Positions 50,881 to 61,554 of a stretch of DNA of 64,000 bases are shown here, piece by piece (positions within the stretch are counted from its first letter, which is position 1; every line of letters begins with the position of its first letter). The stretch is taken from assembly GCA_963793795.1 (NCBI GenBank), contig CAWCBN010000010.1, positions 345,200-409,199 on the forward strand, written 5' to 3'. A program made the translations under genes and the position numbers. This DNA is from an uncultured Chloroflexia bacterium (GTDB taxonomy: Bacteria > Chloroflexota > Anaerolineae > Anaerolineales > Villigracilaceae). The notes under the pieces are model-generated. The model did no database searches. It worked only from the letters and a program-made list of their open reading frames with translations, and was not told where the DNA came from.

Positions 50881-53091
50881 CTATTGATCAGCCGGAACGG
50901 AGTAGATCAGGAAATCCTTGCCTTCCAGTCTTGTCCTGGAATTATAGCGGCTCCATGTTCCGGCTGGATAAAGTAGTTCCAAGCGCGCCTTGCCTATTTC
51001 GTCTTCCAAATTGACAATGAACAATTTTGGTCCCTGCGCAGCCAGCGTGGTGTCCAGGTCCTCCGGCCAGACACCGAAATCCCGGTTCGGGATGCCCGCC
51101 CATACACCCGGCAAGCGGGTGTCCACCCAGTACGGGTAGGGAACGATCCAGGTCGTGTCTGTCTCGCCGTATGTCTGCCCGAATTGCTTGATCACCGCCC
51201 CCATCTCGGAGGAATTCCAGGCGCCGCCATCGAACTGCCTGGCGTATTGATTGAAGACCAGGTTATAGTTCTGGGCGGCTGACCAGGTGATCAAACCCAG
51301 TGCCAGGCCCCAGGCAAGCAGCGCGCCACCCCGCCCGGTCAGTCGGGTGCGGATCGTGGTCAATAATCCATCCAGCGCCAGCGCCACGATGACAAAAACC
51401 GGCACCAGCGCACCGCCAGCCCGGTTCAGGGCAGGATTCTCAGCGGGGAAAGCCAGGGACAGGATCGACGGCATCTGCAACAGGGGGATGGAGAGCAACA
51501 GGAATAGATCCACCCAGTTCCGATTCTTGATATAGCGTACCAGCAAGAGCACGAACCCTGCAATAAACAATGCAGCAGAAACGATATCCAGCGCCGGGCG
51601 GTGGGTCACCGAATGAACCCAGATCTCACCGTCGTCCCAGTTGAACATCTTCAGGGCATTCCACAGGTTCGAGAAGAAGAGCTGCACGGCAGGACCCGGA
51701 AGGGGCGCCTCCGAACTGCCCAGCCGGGAAAAAGCCCGGCTGCCAAATCCGCCCGGATCTTCCAGCCAGTAGCGCAGAAGCGGCAGAAAAATGACCAGCG
51801 CGGCCGCTGCCAGGATCATCAACCAGACGACAGCCTGCTTGCGCGTGCCTTTCGACTGGCGGTGGAGCAGGAACAAAACAAAGGCAGTCACCACCACGAA
51901 GGGCAGGATGCGGATGGGGCTATAGCCATGCAGACCGATCCCCAGGGCGATGCCGGAGAGGATGAAATCGTTGCGATTACGCCTGCGCAATCCACGCAGG
52001 AGGTAGAACAGGGTGGGAGCCACAAAAAGCGGATAGAGCGGGAAGCGCAATCCCACCCGGCTGATGACATTTGGCCAGTAGGCGATACCGGCAAAGAGCA
52101 AGGCCAGCAATGCCACCCGCTTCCCGCCGAGTTCCCTGCCAAGCAGGTAAATGTACGGCAGGGTAGCCAACCCGCAAAGCACCGTCCCGATCTTGAGGCT
52201 CATAAAAGACAGCCCCGTACCAAACAGCCAGGAAACGAACGCCGTCAGGTAGATCTGGATGGCCTCGCGACCGGTGTTGCGCGGGAAGAATATGTGGGTT
52301 TGCCCCTGAGTTACATCGTATACATCGAGGATCTTCTCGGCATGGTCGCTGAAAGGCTCGGAGGGGACGCCATTGATGTTGTAGACGCGGAAGAAGATCA
52401 CGACCGCAGCCACGACCAACACCAGCAGGGTCCAACGCACATTTGTGCTTCGCCACGCATTCGTTGTCAGCGCGCGCCATGCCCGTTTCCACCACGGCTC
52501 CCCGGCAGGGACTTTGACCCAGAATGCCCAGGCAAAGAAGGCGATCGCCAGGAGCCACAAGGACAGATTCCACAAGGTAAACATATTTCCCTGGAAGGCT
52601 GGAGAGTCCCCCATGAACGCTACCCTGCCCAGGAAAACGAAAGCAATGAGTGAAAAGACAAGTGCCAAAATTAACGGGATCAGGCGCACCCGCAGCGGAT
52701 CGGAGCCTTGACCTTGCTCGGGCAGTTCAGCCGGTTGCCATTCCCCCCTCAGGGCCGCCTGCACCAGGAAGATCAACCCTATCCCATATAGGAATAATCC
52801 CGGAAGGAAAACCCTGTCCGTTGAGGGTTCAAGAGTTCGCTGGGCGGTCAAGGTGAATAAAAGTGCCAGGAGCGAGCGCCAGGGGAATTTCTTAAAATCC
52901 CAATCACGCGACGGCTGTTCGAGAGGAGGGACCGCTGAATCTGCCATGACAGGCAGATCATCTTCCGGCAATCCTGGTGTTTCATCGTCAGCGGCTGAAG
53001 GCTCGTCATCGCCAGGGAGGATGACCTTATTGCCCTTCTCCCAGAATTGCAGTTTTGATTTCAAATAATCAAGGACGCTTGGTTCTTCCAT
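50881..53091 (-). CDS. GT-C fold membrane glycosyltransferase (family 39 / ArnT-like)
   Basis: Intact 736-aa ORF. It has an acidic/proline-rich N-terminus, then more than 10 hydrophobic segments and a large C-terminal soluble domain. FSDHAEKILD...FFPRNTGREA resembles the periplasmic-loop region of ArnT/PMT-type enzymes. Confidence 0.75.
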   Translation of the reverse strand: MEEPSVLDYLKSKLQFWEKGNKVILPGDDEPSAADDETPGLPEDDLPVMADSAVPPLEQPSRDWDFKKFPWRSLLALLFTLTAQRTLEPSTDRVFLPGLFLYGIGLIFLVQAALRGEWQPAELPEQGQGSDPLRVRLIPLILALVFSLIAFVFLGRVAFMGDSPAFQGNMFTLWNLSLWLLAIAFFAWAFWVKVPAGEPWWKRAWRALTTNAWRSTNVRWTLLVLVVAAVVIFFRVYNINGVPSEPFSDHAEKILDVYDVTQGQTHIFFPRNTGREAIQIYLTAFVSWLFGTGLSFMSLKIGTVLCGLATLPYIYLLGRELGGKRVALLALLFAGIAYWPNVISRVGLRFPLYPLFVAPTLFYLLRGLRRRNRNDFILSGIALGIGLHGYSPIRILPFVVVTAFVLFLLHRQSKGTRKQAVVWLMILAAAALVIFLPLLRYWLEDPGGFGSRAFSRLGSSEAPLPGPAVQLFFSNLWNALKMFNWDDGEIWVHSVTHRPALDIVSAALFIAGFVLLLVRYIKNRNWVDLFLLLSIPLLQMPSILSLAFPAENPALNRAGGALVPVFVIVALALDGLLTTIRTRLTGRGGALLAWGLALGLITWSAAQNYNLVFNQYARQFDGGAWNSSEMGAVIKQFGQTYGETDTTWIVPYPYWVDTRLPGVWAGIPNRDFGVWPEDLDTTLAAQGPKLFIVNLEDEIGKARLELLYPAGTWSRYNSRTRLEGKDFLIYSVPADQ

Positions 53092-53112
53092 GTTCCACCC
53101 GGTGAGATGGGA

Positions 53113-53826
53113 TTACCCTTTCCTGGCGATCACGATCATGCTTTCTCCCCATTGTAGCGGTAAAAAAGGGAATCCGCTAATGGCCTGCAGACCCCCCGGC
53201 GCGCCGAAAAACACCTTCTGGAGGGATTTCGGGAAGAATTTTATATACGGTGCGTCCCAAAACCCATCAGAAAAGATCTTCCTTGGTGTAAATCCTGCAG
53301 AACGGAGCAGTTCAAGCCATTCCTGAGGAGCCTTGAGGGAAATGTGGGTCGGATCCTGGTAACCGATCCAGCGCTCCCCTTTCCACGGCTTGAGCAACGA
53401 AGCCAGGTTTGGCGTGGACAGGATCAGTGCCCCACCAGGGGCGGTGACGCGTGCCATCTCGGCAATGGCTTTCTCCGGGTGGGGGAGGTGTTCCACCACG
53501 TGCTTGGCAATCACCACATCGAAGGCTCGATTCGCAAAAGGGAGCTCCCCCGCACTCGAGGCGATATGTGCCGTCTGCCGGGCAACCTGGTGGGATTGCT
53601 GCAAAGCCCAATGGTTCACATCGCTGGCAACAGCCTGGAAGGTGCCTTCCAATTGTCCAATGAGATGACCCAGCCCGGAACCGATCTCCAGCAGCCGCTT
53701 CCCACCTTTGCCATATCGCCGCGCCAGGATGGCATAGAACCGGTTCGACCACCAGTATTGGCTGTACCGGGCAAAAGAAACATCCTTGTAGGTGTGGGTG
53801 CTGAAATATTTCTCGTCGAAGGGCAT
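53113..53826 (-). CDS. Class I SAM-dependent methyltransferase
   Basis: RLLEIGSGLGHL (motif I), FDVVIAKHVVEHL, PGGALILSTPN. Confidence 0.8.
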   Translation of the reverse strand: MPFDEKYFSTHTYKDVSFARYSQYWWSNRFYAILARRYGKGGKRLLEIGSGLGHLIGQLEGTFQAVASDVNHWALQQSHQVARQTAHIASSAGELPFANRAFDVVIAKHVVEHLPHPEKAIAEMARVTAPGGALILSTPNLASLLKPWKGERWIGYQDPTHISLKAPQEWLELLRSAGFTPRKIFSDGFWDAPYIKFFPKSLQKVFFGAPGGLQAISGFPFLPLQWGESMIVIARKG

Positions 53827-53868
53827 AGGAGGGCAGCGTTATGCAGGCGGTAAGTCATCACCTGGCGA

Positions 53869-54627
53869 TCAGATTTTTTTTCGGGCAACGTAAAACGTGA
53901 AAGTCCCATCCTCCACCGGTTCCACGGAAGCGTACCTGCGGACAAGTTTCTCCGTCAGGAACAAATTCCATCTCGCCGGGGCGAGGATCCAGCGACCGGT
54001 ACATTTTCGCGCCACCAGGGACGGCAACCCGAAATAGTGACCCCATTCTAACACGCGCATCGCGGCCGGAGAAAAATAGTGCCAGTATTTCTCCAAGCGG
54101 AAACCCGCCTGCTCCAAACGCGCCTGCCAGGCATCCGGACCGTCGGCGTGCACTACGCGCGAAATACGGCGGAACCAGGCGGTGTATTTCCTGCCCAACA
54201 GGCGCGACAGCGACAATTCGGAGAGGTAGCGCTCATTGGGTACGCAAAAGTAAAATGGTGCTCCCGGCTTGAGAACGCGGTTCACATCAGCCAGAACCGC
54301 ATCTATATGAGGAATGTGCTCCAGGACCGAGTTACTGAATGCCGAGGCAAAGGTTCCGCCTGGAAAAGGCGCCTGCGCGGCATCCGCTTCCACGAGCAAG
54401 TCGTAGGCTCCCCCCTTCCTGGCTTCATGGATGGGGGCATGCCAGGGATCGAGGCCCACCTCGATCTTGCGCTCAAAAGTCAGCCTGGCGAAGTGACCGT
54501 CACCGCAACCCACATCCAGGGTCGGGGCAGGAAGCTCGAGCGTCTGGTAAAAAGAGGCTTCCACCGCCCGAATGAGGGCACGAAAGTAAGGCAGGTCACG
54601 CAGGTGGAGAAAAAGGAAATCTTTCAT
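53869..54627 (-). CDS. Class I SAM-dependent methyltransferase
   Basis: TLDVGCGDGHF (motif I), FASAFSNSVLEHI, PGAPFYFCVPN. Confidence 0.8.
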   Translation of the reverse strand: MKDFLFLHLRDLPYFRALIRAVEASFYQTLELPAPTLDVGCGDGHFARLTFERKIEVGLDPWHAPIHEARKGGAYDLLVEADAAQAPFPGGTFASAFSNSVLEHIPHIDAVLADVNRVLKPGAPFYFCVPNERYLSELSLSRLLGRKYTAWFRRISRVVHADGPDAWQARLEQAGFRLEKYWHYFSPAAMRVLEWGHYFGLPSLVARKCTGRWILAPARWNLFLTEKLVRRYASVEPVEDGTFTFYVARKKI

Positions 54628-54660
54628 CGGCCGATCAGGGTGTATGTCATCCGTCCAGGA

Positions 54661-55816
54661 TTAATGCATCAGACTCTTGAATAATTTTTCATATTCCTGT
54701 GCGACCCGATCCGGATCATACTGGCGGGTCAGTTCTGCGGTGTCGCAGTGGTATTTTTCCTTTTCGGCAAAGATCGCCAGCAATGCCTGCGCCAGGGCGG
54801 AGCTGTCGCCGATGGGAAAAACCTTTCCCATCGCATGCATCTGCACCGGGCGACGCACACCCGGCAGCGCTGAAGCCACGCAGGGAATATTATGGAGCAT
54901 TGCCTCCACCTGCACCAGCCCAAAAGCTTCCGTGGAGTTGAGCGATGGAACCACCAGCACATCGAGATTGGGATAGAAACGCATTCATCTGTTTTGGGTT
55001 GAGCACACCCAGGAACGTCCATTGCCCCCTGGATTGGTATTCAGCGATGCGCGGCATCAACCTTGCGGCATAGGCCTGCTCACCCAGCACGTTTTCGAAT
55101 TGCCCGGCGAACAATACCTGTGCATGGGGATATTTCTCCATTACTTGTGGCAGGGCGTCCAATAGTACTTCCACACCCTTTTCGGCGGCAAAGCGCGCCG
55201 CCATGCCGATCACGGGGCGGAATTCACGGGTATGGTGGGCAATGGCAAATTCCTGCGCAGCACCCGGGATGGGGTCGGGAAGCTCCACCGGCGGAAGGAA
55301 GGCGGTCAGCTTATGCCGGTACCGGGAGAGAAATGGCGAGTGATCCGCATAATCCTGGGTATAGGTCACGATATGGTTCGCCAGGAGCCCGGCAAGGCGG
55401 TTCTGGAAATGTACCACGCTGTTGACCAGCCGATTGAAACCTCCAGGCGGCATATCCAGGTCGCAATGATAGGTGAGCACTGCAGGTTTCCTGAACAGGC
55501 GGGCGCGCAGTGCCACACCGGGTGCATCAAACTGGGGCAGGTGAAGCTGCACCACATCGTGTTCCCAGACCAGCTTGGTGGCAACCAGGCCAAAAGTGGG
55601 GGCGATGACACCCTTGCTGACGCGCAAGGCCACCGGGATGCGCACCACGCGGACGCCATCCATCATTTCTTCAGCCGGCAGGGAATTGTCGTAGCGGGTG
55701 GTCATGACCGTAACCTGGTGCCCTCTGCGGGCAAAGCTGCGCGCCAGGCGTTCGGCATAGATCGTCAGGCCTGAAGTATGCGGCCGGTAATAGGTGAGGA
55801 CGGTGAGTATTTTCAT
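54661..55816 (-). CDS. GT4 (GT-B fold) glycosyltransferase, one frameshift
   Basis: MKILTVLTYYRPHTSGLTIYAERLA...; the C-terminal half is YPNLDVLVVPSLNSTEAFGLVQVEAMLHNIPCVAS (EX7E region). The frame change is near 54985. Confidence 0.85.
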
Positions 55817-55885
55817 CTGGAAGGTCAAGCTGAAATGGATTGCCAGGCGGGCTGGATCACAACGCTTCTGCCGCGAGGCTGTGAG

Positions 55886-56821
55886 CTATTTTATGTAATG
55901 ATGGTGATTCATGGTGAAGTCACAATACAGGGTGGAGGGTGTGCATTCTTCGCATTCCAGTTGCAGTGTGGAATGGGTGATCCCGTATTTTCGCGCCAGC
56001 ATCTCGCACACCTTTCCTTGCACTTTAGAGCCGGCGCTGACAGGAATATCGTCGGTGACAAGATGGGCAGAGAGGGTGCGCAGGCTCTGGGTGATGCTCC
56101 ACACGTGCAGATCGTGGACGCCGCGCACCCCTTCGATCGAAACCATGTCCTGCTGCAGGGCATCCATATCCACGTCACCCGGGGTGGATTCCATGAGTAT
56201 GTGAATGGACTCACGCAGGATGCCCCACGCGTTCCACAGGATCAGGAAACCGATCAGGACGCTTACCAGCGGGTCGAGCCAATTCCAAGCCGTGAAGCGG
56301 ATGATGATCCCGGCGATCACCGCTCCCAGGGTGGAAAACACATCGCCCATCAGGTGCAGGAACGCCGACCGGATGTTCAGGTCATTTTCCGCGCCCCGGC
56401 GAACCAGCAGAGCGGTGGTCAGGTTGACGATGACCGCGGCAACGCCCACGCCGATCAGGATGTTCGCCTGCACCGCGGGAGGATTGATAAAACGCTTGTA
56501 GGCCTCGTAGAAAATTCCCAGGGCGATCACAGCCAGGGTTGTCGAGTTGAACAGCGCCACCAGGATTCCGGCACGATGGTAGCCATACGTTTTCCCTGAA
56601 TGGGAGGGTTTGTTGGTGACCCACAACGCCCACCAGGTAAGTCCCAACGCCAGCACATCGGTGAAATTGTGCGCCGCGTCGGTCAGCAATGCCAGCGAAT
56701 TCGCCACGACCCCGGCGACGATCTCGACAATGACAAATCCAAGCGTGATCGCCAGGGAGAGTGCCAGGCGGCGAATGGTGCTGCGGGTCAGGTCTTGAGC
56801 TTGTGAGTGTGCGTGTTCCAT
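55886..56821 (-). CDS. Cation diffusion facilitator (CzcD/ZitB-type) metal efflux transporter
   Basis: Intact 311-aa ORF with SLALLTDAAHNFTDV, HLMGDVFSTLGAVIA, a C-terminal cytoplasmic domain and a His-rich tail (NHHHY). Confidence 0.9.
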   Translation of the reverse strand: MEHAHSQAQDLTRSTIRRLALSLAITLGFVIVEIVAGVVANSLALLTDAAHNFTDVLALGLTWWALWVTNKPSHSGKTYGYHRAGILVALFNSTTLAVIALGIFYEAYKRFINPPAVQANILIGVGVAAVIVNLTTALLVRRGAENDLNIRSAFLHLMGDVFSTLGAVIAGIIIRFTAWNWLDPLVSVLIGFLILWNAWGILRESIHILMESTPGDVDMDALQQDMVSIEGVRGVHDLHVWSITQSLRTLSAHLVTDDIPVSAGSKVQGKVCEMLARKYGITHSTLQLECEECTPSTLYCDFTMNHHHYIK

Positions 56822-56898
56822 TATCGGGCAGGATTATAACCCAGGCAAATGAAAGCTGGCGAAGCAAAGGCTGCGGAGGTCATCCTTCCAACCGGTTC

Positions 56899-59489
56899 TC
56901 AAGCACTGCGGATTTTCGCACCCAGTTCGAATTCCAGTCTCTTCAGGATGCGCGCCCGGATCCCAGCCACATCCTTGTCGGAGAGGGTCTTGTCGAATGC
57001 CTGGTAAGTGAGGCTGTATGCCAGGCTTTTCTTCCCGGCGCCGACCTTCTCGCCCCGATATACATCGAAAAGGCGTACATTGGAGACGATCTTCCCGCCA
57101 GTTTGACGGATCAGGGTCTCCACACGCTCGGCAGGCATACTCTCATCAACAACGAGAGCCAGGTCTTCCAGCACTGGCGGAACTGTGGGAACGGCCTCTG
57201 TCTGGCGGATTGCAGGTACGAGTCCCAGCAAGGCATCCAGGTCCAGGTCGGCTGCCAGGACGGCTGTTCGGAAGGCTGCCGGCCAGTCATACTGGGCACG
57301 CGCCTCGGGATGCAGTTCGCCGAAAACGCCGATCTTCCTGTCGCCCGATTGCAGCCGCGCACATTTTCCAGGATGAAAACTGGGGTGATTGCTTGGCTCG
57401 AAGCGGACATCCGGGATGCGCAATGCTTCCAGCAACGAGACGAGGATCCCTTTTAGATCATAGAAATCCATCGGCGTGCTGTCCGCCGGTTGCCAGCCCG
57501 GAAGGCTGCGCGGCCCGGAGAGGACAATGGCCAGGCGGCGAAGTTCGTCAGGCAGACCATCCGGTTCTTCAGAAACCAGGAAAGCCGGGCCAATTTCGAA
57601 CAGCATGACCCGCTCGCGTATGCGGGCATTTCGTTCAGCAGCGTCCAGCACGCTGGCAAGGACACTATGGCGCAGGAATCCCTTTTCATACGCCAACGGA
57701 TTGGCAATCCGCAGGTAAGGCTGGTCGTATTGCGGCCCGTTCTTTGGCAGGCGGCGGTTTTCCTTTTCCGGCTTGGTCCAACGGTAACTGATGATCTCGG
57801 TCAGTCCCTGGTACACAAGCAGGTCACGAACTCGTTCCTCCACATCCAGGTCCGAATTACCCAGTTGGGGAGGGAGCTTGTCGGAAATGCGCGTCTCGGG
57901 GATGTTTTCATAGCCGTACACCCGGGCGAGCTCTTCGATGATGTCAGCAACACCGGTGATCCCCTCGCCAATGTCAAGGCGGTGGTCCGGGACGGTGACT
58001 TTGATCATCGCGGGAATGGTCGAAAGCCCGATCCCAGGATTCAAGTTGTCAACTTCGCACTTGAATTCCAGGAGGCTGAGCAGCCGGACGATTTCTTCTG
58101 TGGAGAGGCTGATGCCCAGCCAGCGTTTTACATCTGACGAGCGCAGGTATACGGTGGGATCCTGCCGTGGTGCAGGGTAATTGTCCACCAGCCCGGGATC
58201 AACCTTCCCGCCAGCCCAGGCTTGCATCAGTTCCAAACCGCGGCGGACACCGCGCTCGGCCATGGATGGGTGGACACCGCGCGAGAACCGGTAGGAGGCT
58301 TCGGAGGGCAGCATGAGTGCCCGGGTGGTCTTGCGGATGTTGATAAAGTTCCAGGCCGCGCCTTCGAGCAGGATGCTGGTGGTCTTGTCGCTGATCTCCG
58401 ACTCCAGGCCGCCCATGACGCCGGCAATTGACAGGGCTCCAGCTTCATCACAGACGAGCTCGGTTGAGCCGTCCAGTGTTCGTTCCACATTGTCGAGGGT
58501 GGTCAGTTTCTCGCCCGGCATTGCAGTGCGGGTGATGATCTTGACTTTCCTGCTTTCAGGACCTGGTTTGCGTTTTTTCAGCACGTCATGATCGAAGGCG
58601 TGCAACGGCTGTCCGATCTCGAGCATCACGTAGTTGGTGGCATCCACGATATTGTTAATCGGGCGCATACCCGCCATCTTGAGCCGGCGTTGCACCCATG
58701 CCGGGCTGGGACGCAGTTCTATGCCATCGATCAAACCCAGTACGAAGCGCGGGTTCAATTCAGGGTCAGTGATCTCGATCTCTGCGAATTCACCCCTGGC
58801 GGACACCGGTTGTTTTCCGCCGGTTGAACCCTGTTTCAAGGATTTACCGGTCATGGCTGCGATCTCCCTCGCCAGGCCGAGCATGGAAGCACAGCGCGAT
58901 AACTGGGCAGCAATTTCACCTCCAGCACGGCGTCTCCCATGTAGTCTGAGAGCGGCGTGCCCGGCTGGGGAGCATCCTCCTCCAGGAGCATGATCCCTTC
59001 GTGCTCATCGGAAATGCCCAGTTCCTTCTCCGAGCAGACCATGGAGTAGGAGTCAACCCCGCGGATCTTGGCCCGCTTGAGGATGGTCAGCACCTGTCCT
59101 TCCTGGTGACCATCGTAGATCTGCGCGCCTTCCTTGGCATAAGCCACATTAAGCGGTCTCTTTAACGGCCCGATGCCTTTATACTCGAACAGGTTCGGCG
59201 CGCCGGTCAGAACGACGTGTTCCTGCTGACCGTCAAAAAGCTTGCATAACACCAACCGGTCGGCATTGGGATGCGGCAGCACCTCGGAGATGGAGGCGAC
59301 GACGATCTTCTCGCGGTCCCAGGCCAGGCCGGTGACGTGTGCATCCACACTGCCCGGCTTGGGCATGGGCAGTCCAATGACCTGCAGTGCTTCCACTTCC
59401 ATGCCTGCCATGGTGATGAGCCGGGCAAGCTCCTCTACAGGCATGTCGATATCTACAAAATCTCGCAACCAGGATAAGGGGGCTTTCAT
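56899..59489 (-). CDS. pheT: Phenylalanine--tRNA ligase beta subunit, one frameshift
   Basis: MKAPLSWLRDFVDI start, tRNA-binding domain, B3/4 and B5 domains, C-terminal FDX-ACB-like end. It joins GDAVLEV / EIAAQLSRCASMLGLAREIAA, with one base missing near 58917. Confidence 0.95.
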
Positions 59490-59685
59490 TAGCAACTCCT
59501 TGATATCAGATAAATCAGAGAGCAGGGAACAGTTCAATTCTCTTCCAATGTTATCAGGTTGTATCAGGAATTTCGGACAATTCGGTAAATAGTATTTGTG
59601 TGAGAGGAGCCTGGTTCGTTTGCTCCTTGTTTGCTGCGTTTGAGGTAGGCAATGTAACCATTAACATGCGAACAATTCGTGACTT

Positions 59686-59988
59686 TCATTGAAATTTCCT
59701 TGAAAAGAGTTCTGGTATGAATATTTGCTTCAAAGGCAAAAGGAGATGACTTAAAGTTTCTTCCAGAGAGCCTCTGGCATTATAGCAAAAACGAACATTC
59801 TCTTGAAAATAAAACGTCCATACCCTTCGGCAATATTCGCAGAAATACTGAGAATGAGCGCCGAAGCTGTAAGCCAAGGTTCCACTTTTCTTCAAGGGTA
59901 GCAGCGGTAGGACACCACGGTAGACGTGCAGTGCAAAATCCTTGGCTCGCTGCCAGACTTCCAACCTCTGTAATCCTTGCAAGCTCAT
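59686..59988 (-). pseudogene. Four-helix-bundle protein (23S rRNA intervening-sequence protein family), frame-disrupted
   Basis: LEVWQRAKDFALHVYR...LP / EEKWNLGLQLRRS / ...ANIAEGYGR-like / NARGSLEETLSHLLL is spread over at least 2 frames. The pattern matches the family (l.vWqkA..l...vY..t..fP..Ek..L..QlrRa..Si..NIAEG..r......f...A.GS..E..t.l.la). Confidence 0.55.
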
Positions 59989-59989
59989 T

Positions 59990-60082
59990 CGACTCTCCTT
60001 TTTCCACTACTCTCTGTTCTCTATCACTGCTCTCATCTTTCTATTCACTGATCTCCGTCTCTACTCTCCACTCTCTTGTCCA
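59990..60082. repeat. CT-rich word repeat (same family as 17400-17720 and 34421-34530)
   Basis: CCACTACTCTCTGTTCTCTATCACTGCTCTC...CTCTACTCTCCACTCTCTTG. It shares 10- to 14-mers with the other two loci. Confidence 0.6.
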
Positions 60083-61137
60083 TTAGAACTGCTCCAAAAA
60101 TCTCAAATCATTTTCCCAGAAATAGCGAATGTCGTTGATGCCGTACTTTAGCATGGCGATGCGCTGGACGCCAAAACCGAAGGCAAAACCGGTATAGATC
60201 TCGGGGTCATAACCGCCATTTTTCAACACAACGGGATGCACCATGCCGCTCCCGCCAATCTCCAGCCAACCACCACCGCAAACATTGCAGCCCTTGCCGC
60301 CGCACTGGAAGCATTCGATGTCAAACTCCGCGGACGGCTCTGTGAAGGGGAAGAACGACGCCCGGAAGCGCGTCCGGGCCTGGGAGCCGAACAAGCGCCG
60401 TGCCATGTCGGTCAGCGTCCCTTTTAGGTCGCTGAAGGTGATGCCCGGGCCGACCGCAAGTCCCTCCAACTGGTCGAATTGCGTCTCGTGGCGCGCATCC
60501 ACCTGTTCGTAGCGGTACACCATGCCCGGTAGGATGATGCGCACCGGTGGTGGATTTTGCGGGTCCCGCGCCGACATCTCACGCATGGCGCGGATCTGCC
60601 CGGGGAGGTATGCGTACGCAGCACGATCGGGTTGTCACCGCGACCTTCCGCCTCGATGAAGTAGGTATCCTGCATGTCACGTGCCGGATGACCAATGGGG
60701 AAATTTAGCAGTTGGAAATTGTATTCGTCGCTTTCGACCTCGCGCGATCGGTACACCTGGAAGCCCATCTCGGCAAAGACACGATACAGTTCACGCAGGA
60801 TCTGCGTGTCGGGATGCAGGCGGCCCATTGGCACTCTTCGCCCGGGCAGGGTGACATCCAATTTATCCTGTTCGAGCGAACGCCTGAGCGATGCCTGGTT
60901 CAGCTCTTCGGTTTTCAGGGCGAACGCCGCCTCGAGGGCTTTTTTAACTTCGTTGGCCTGTTGACCGACGAGAGGGCGTTGCTCCTTCGGTAATGTCCCC
61001 AGTACAGTGAAAACCTGCATCAGGGCGGAGGAGCGTCCCAGGGAGGCGACGCGCCATTGTTCCAGGGCAACCTCGTCCTGCACACCGCTTAAAGCGGCAA
61101 GCGCTGTTTTTTCAATTTCCTTCAATTGTTCGAGCAT
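60083..61137 (-). CDS. pheS: Phenylalanine--tRNA ligase alpha subunit, one frameshift
   Basis: GGAGGCAGGT precedes ATG ([10 protein letters not shown]). [11 protein letters not shown] (motif 1 region), LRTHTSPG / QIRAMREM (one C missing near 60600), [16 protein letters not shown] (motif 2), [13 protein letters not shown] (motif 3). Confidence 0.95.
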
Positions 61138-61147
61138 ACCTGCCTCC

Positions 61148-61420
61148 AAAAAGAAAATTCCCGTCCAGCCATGGGACGGGAAGGGACTCCCGCGGTACCA
61201 CCCAATTTAGCCGCCAGCGCGACTCGCTTATACCGACCATCATCGGCTCCCCCGCTAACGCTGGGGCTGCAATTCAAACTACTGTGCAGGGAAGCAATAT
61301 GCCCTGCGGTTCCCTTGAACAACTCGGGAGGGAACTTCGGTCAGGTTCCACCGTGGGCAGGTCTCAGTCCATGCCTGCCCTTCCCTGTCGACTTCCGCTG
61401 ACGTACTTTCCTCCGTCAAT
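61148..61420 (-). promoter_or_regulatory. T-box riboswitch leader (Phe specifier) with intrinsic terminator, upstream of pheS
   Basis: Minus strand contains the T-box motif AAATTGGGTGGTACCGCGGGAG (61208-61187). A terminator follows immediately: TTCCCGTCC-CATGGCT-GGACGGGAA plus TTTTCTTTTT (61182-61148). Stem I base GGAGG...CCTCC has GAAG-TTC-C in the 3' side of the internal loop (TTC at 61334-61332, a Phe codon). Confidence 0.85.
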
Positions 61421-61447
61421 GTTTTTAACGCATACCTATTCATAGCT

Positions 61448-61475
61448 ATTATCTGCAGAACAGGTCACCTGTCAA
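61448..61475 (-). promoter_or_regulatory. Candidate sigma-70-type promoter for the T-box/pheST transcript
   Basis: TTGACA (61475-61470), a 16-nt spacer, then GATAAT (61453-61448), about 30 nt upstream of Stem I. Confidence 0.45.
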
Positions 61476-61482
61476 GGGCGCG

Positions 61483-61514
61483 AAAAAAGGATCGGTCCCA
61501 ATGGGGACAGATCC
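61483..61514 (-). terminator. Rho-independent terminator after the small lipoprotein gene
   Basis: GGATCTGTCCC-CATT-GGGACCGATCC (one internal mismatch) followed by TTTTTT on the minus strand. Confidence 0.65.
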
Positions 61515-61554
61515 TTTGTAAAAGCGAAGGAATCTGGGCTACAGCGGAGCAAGA

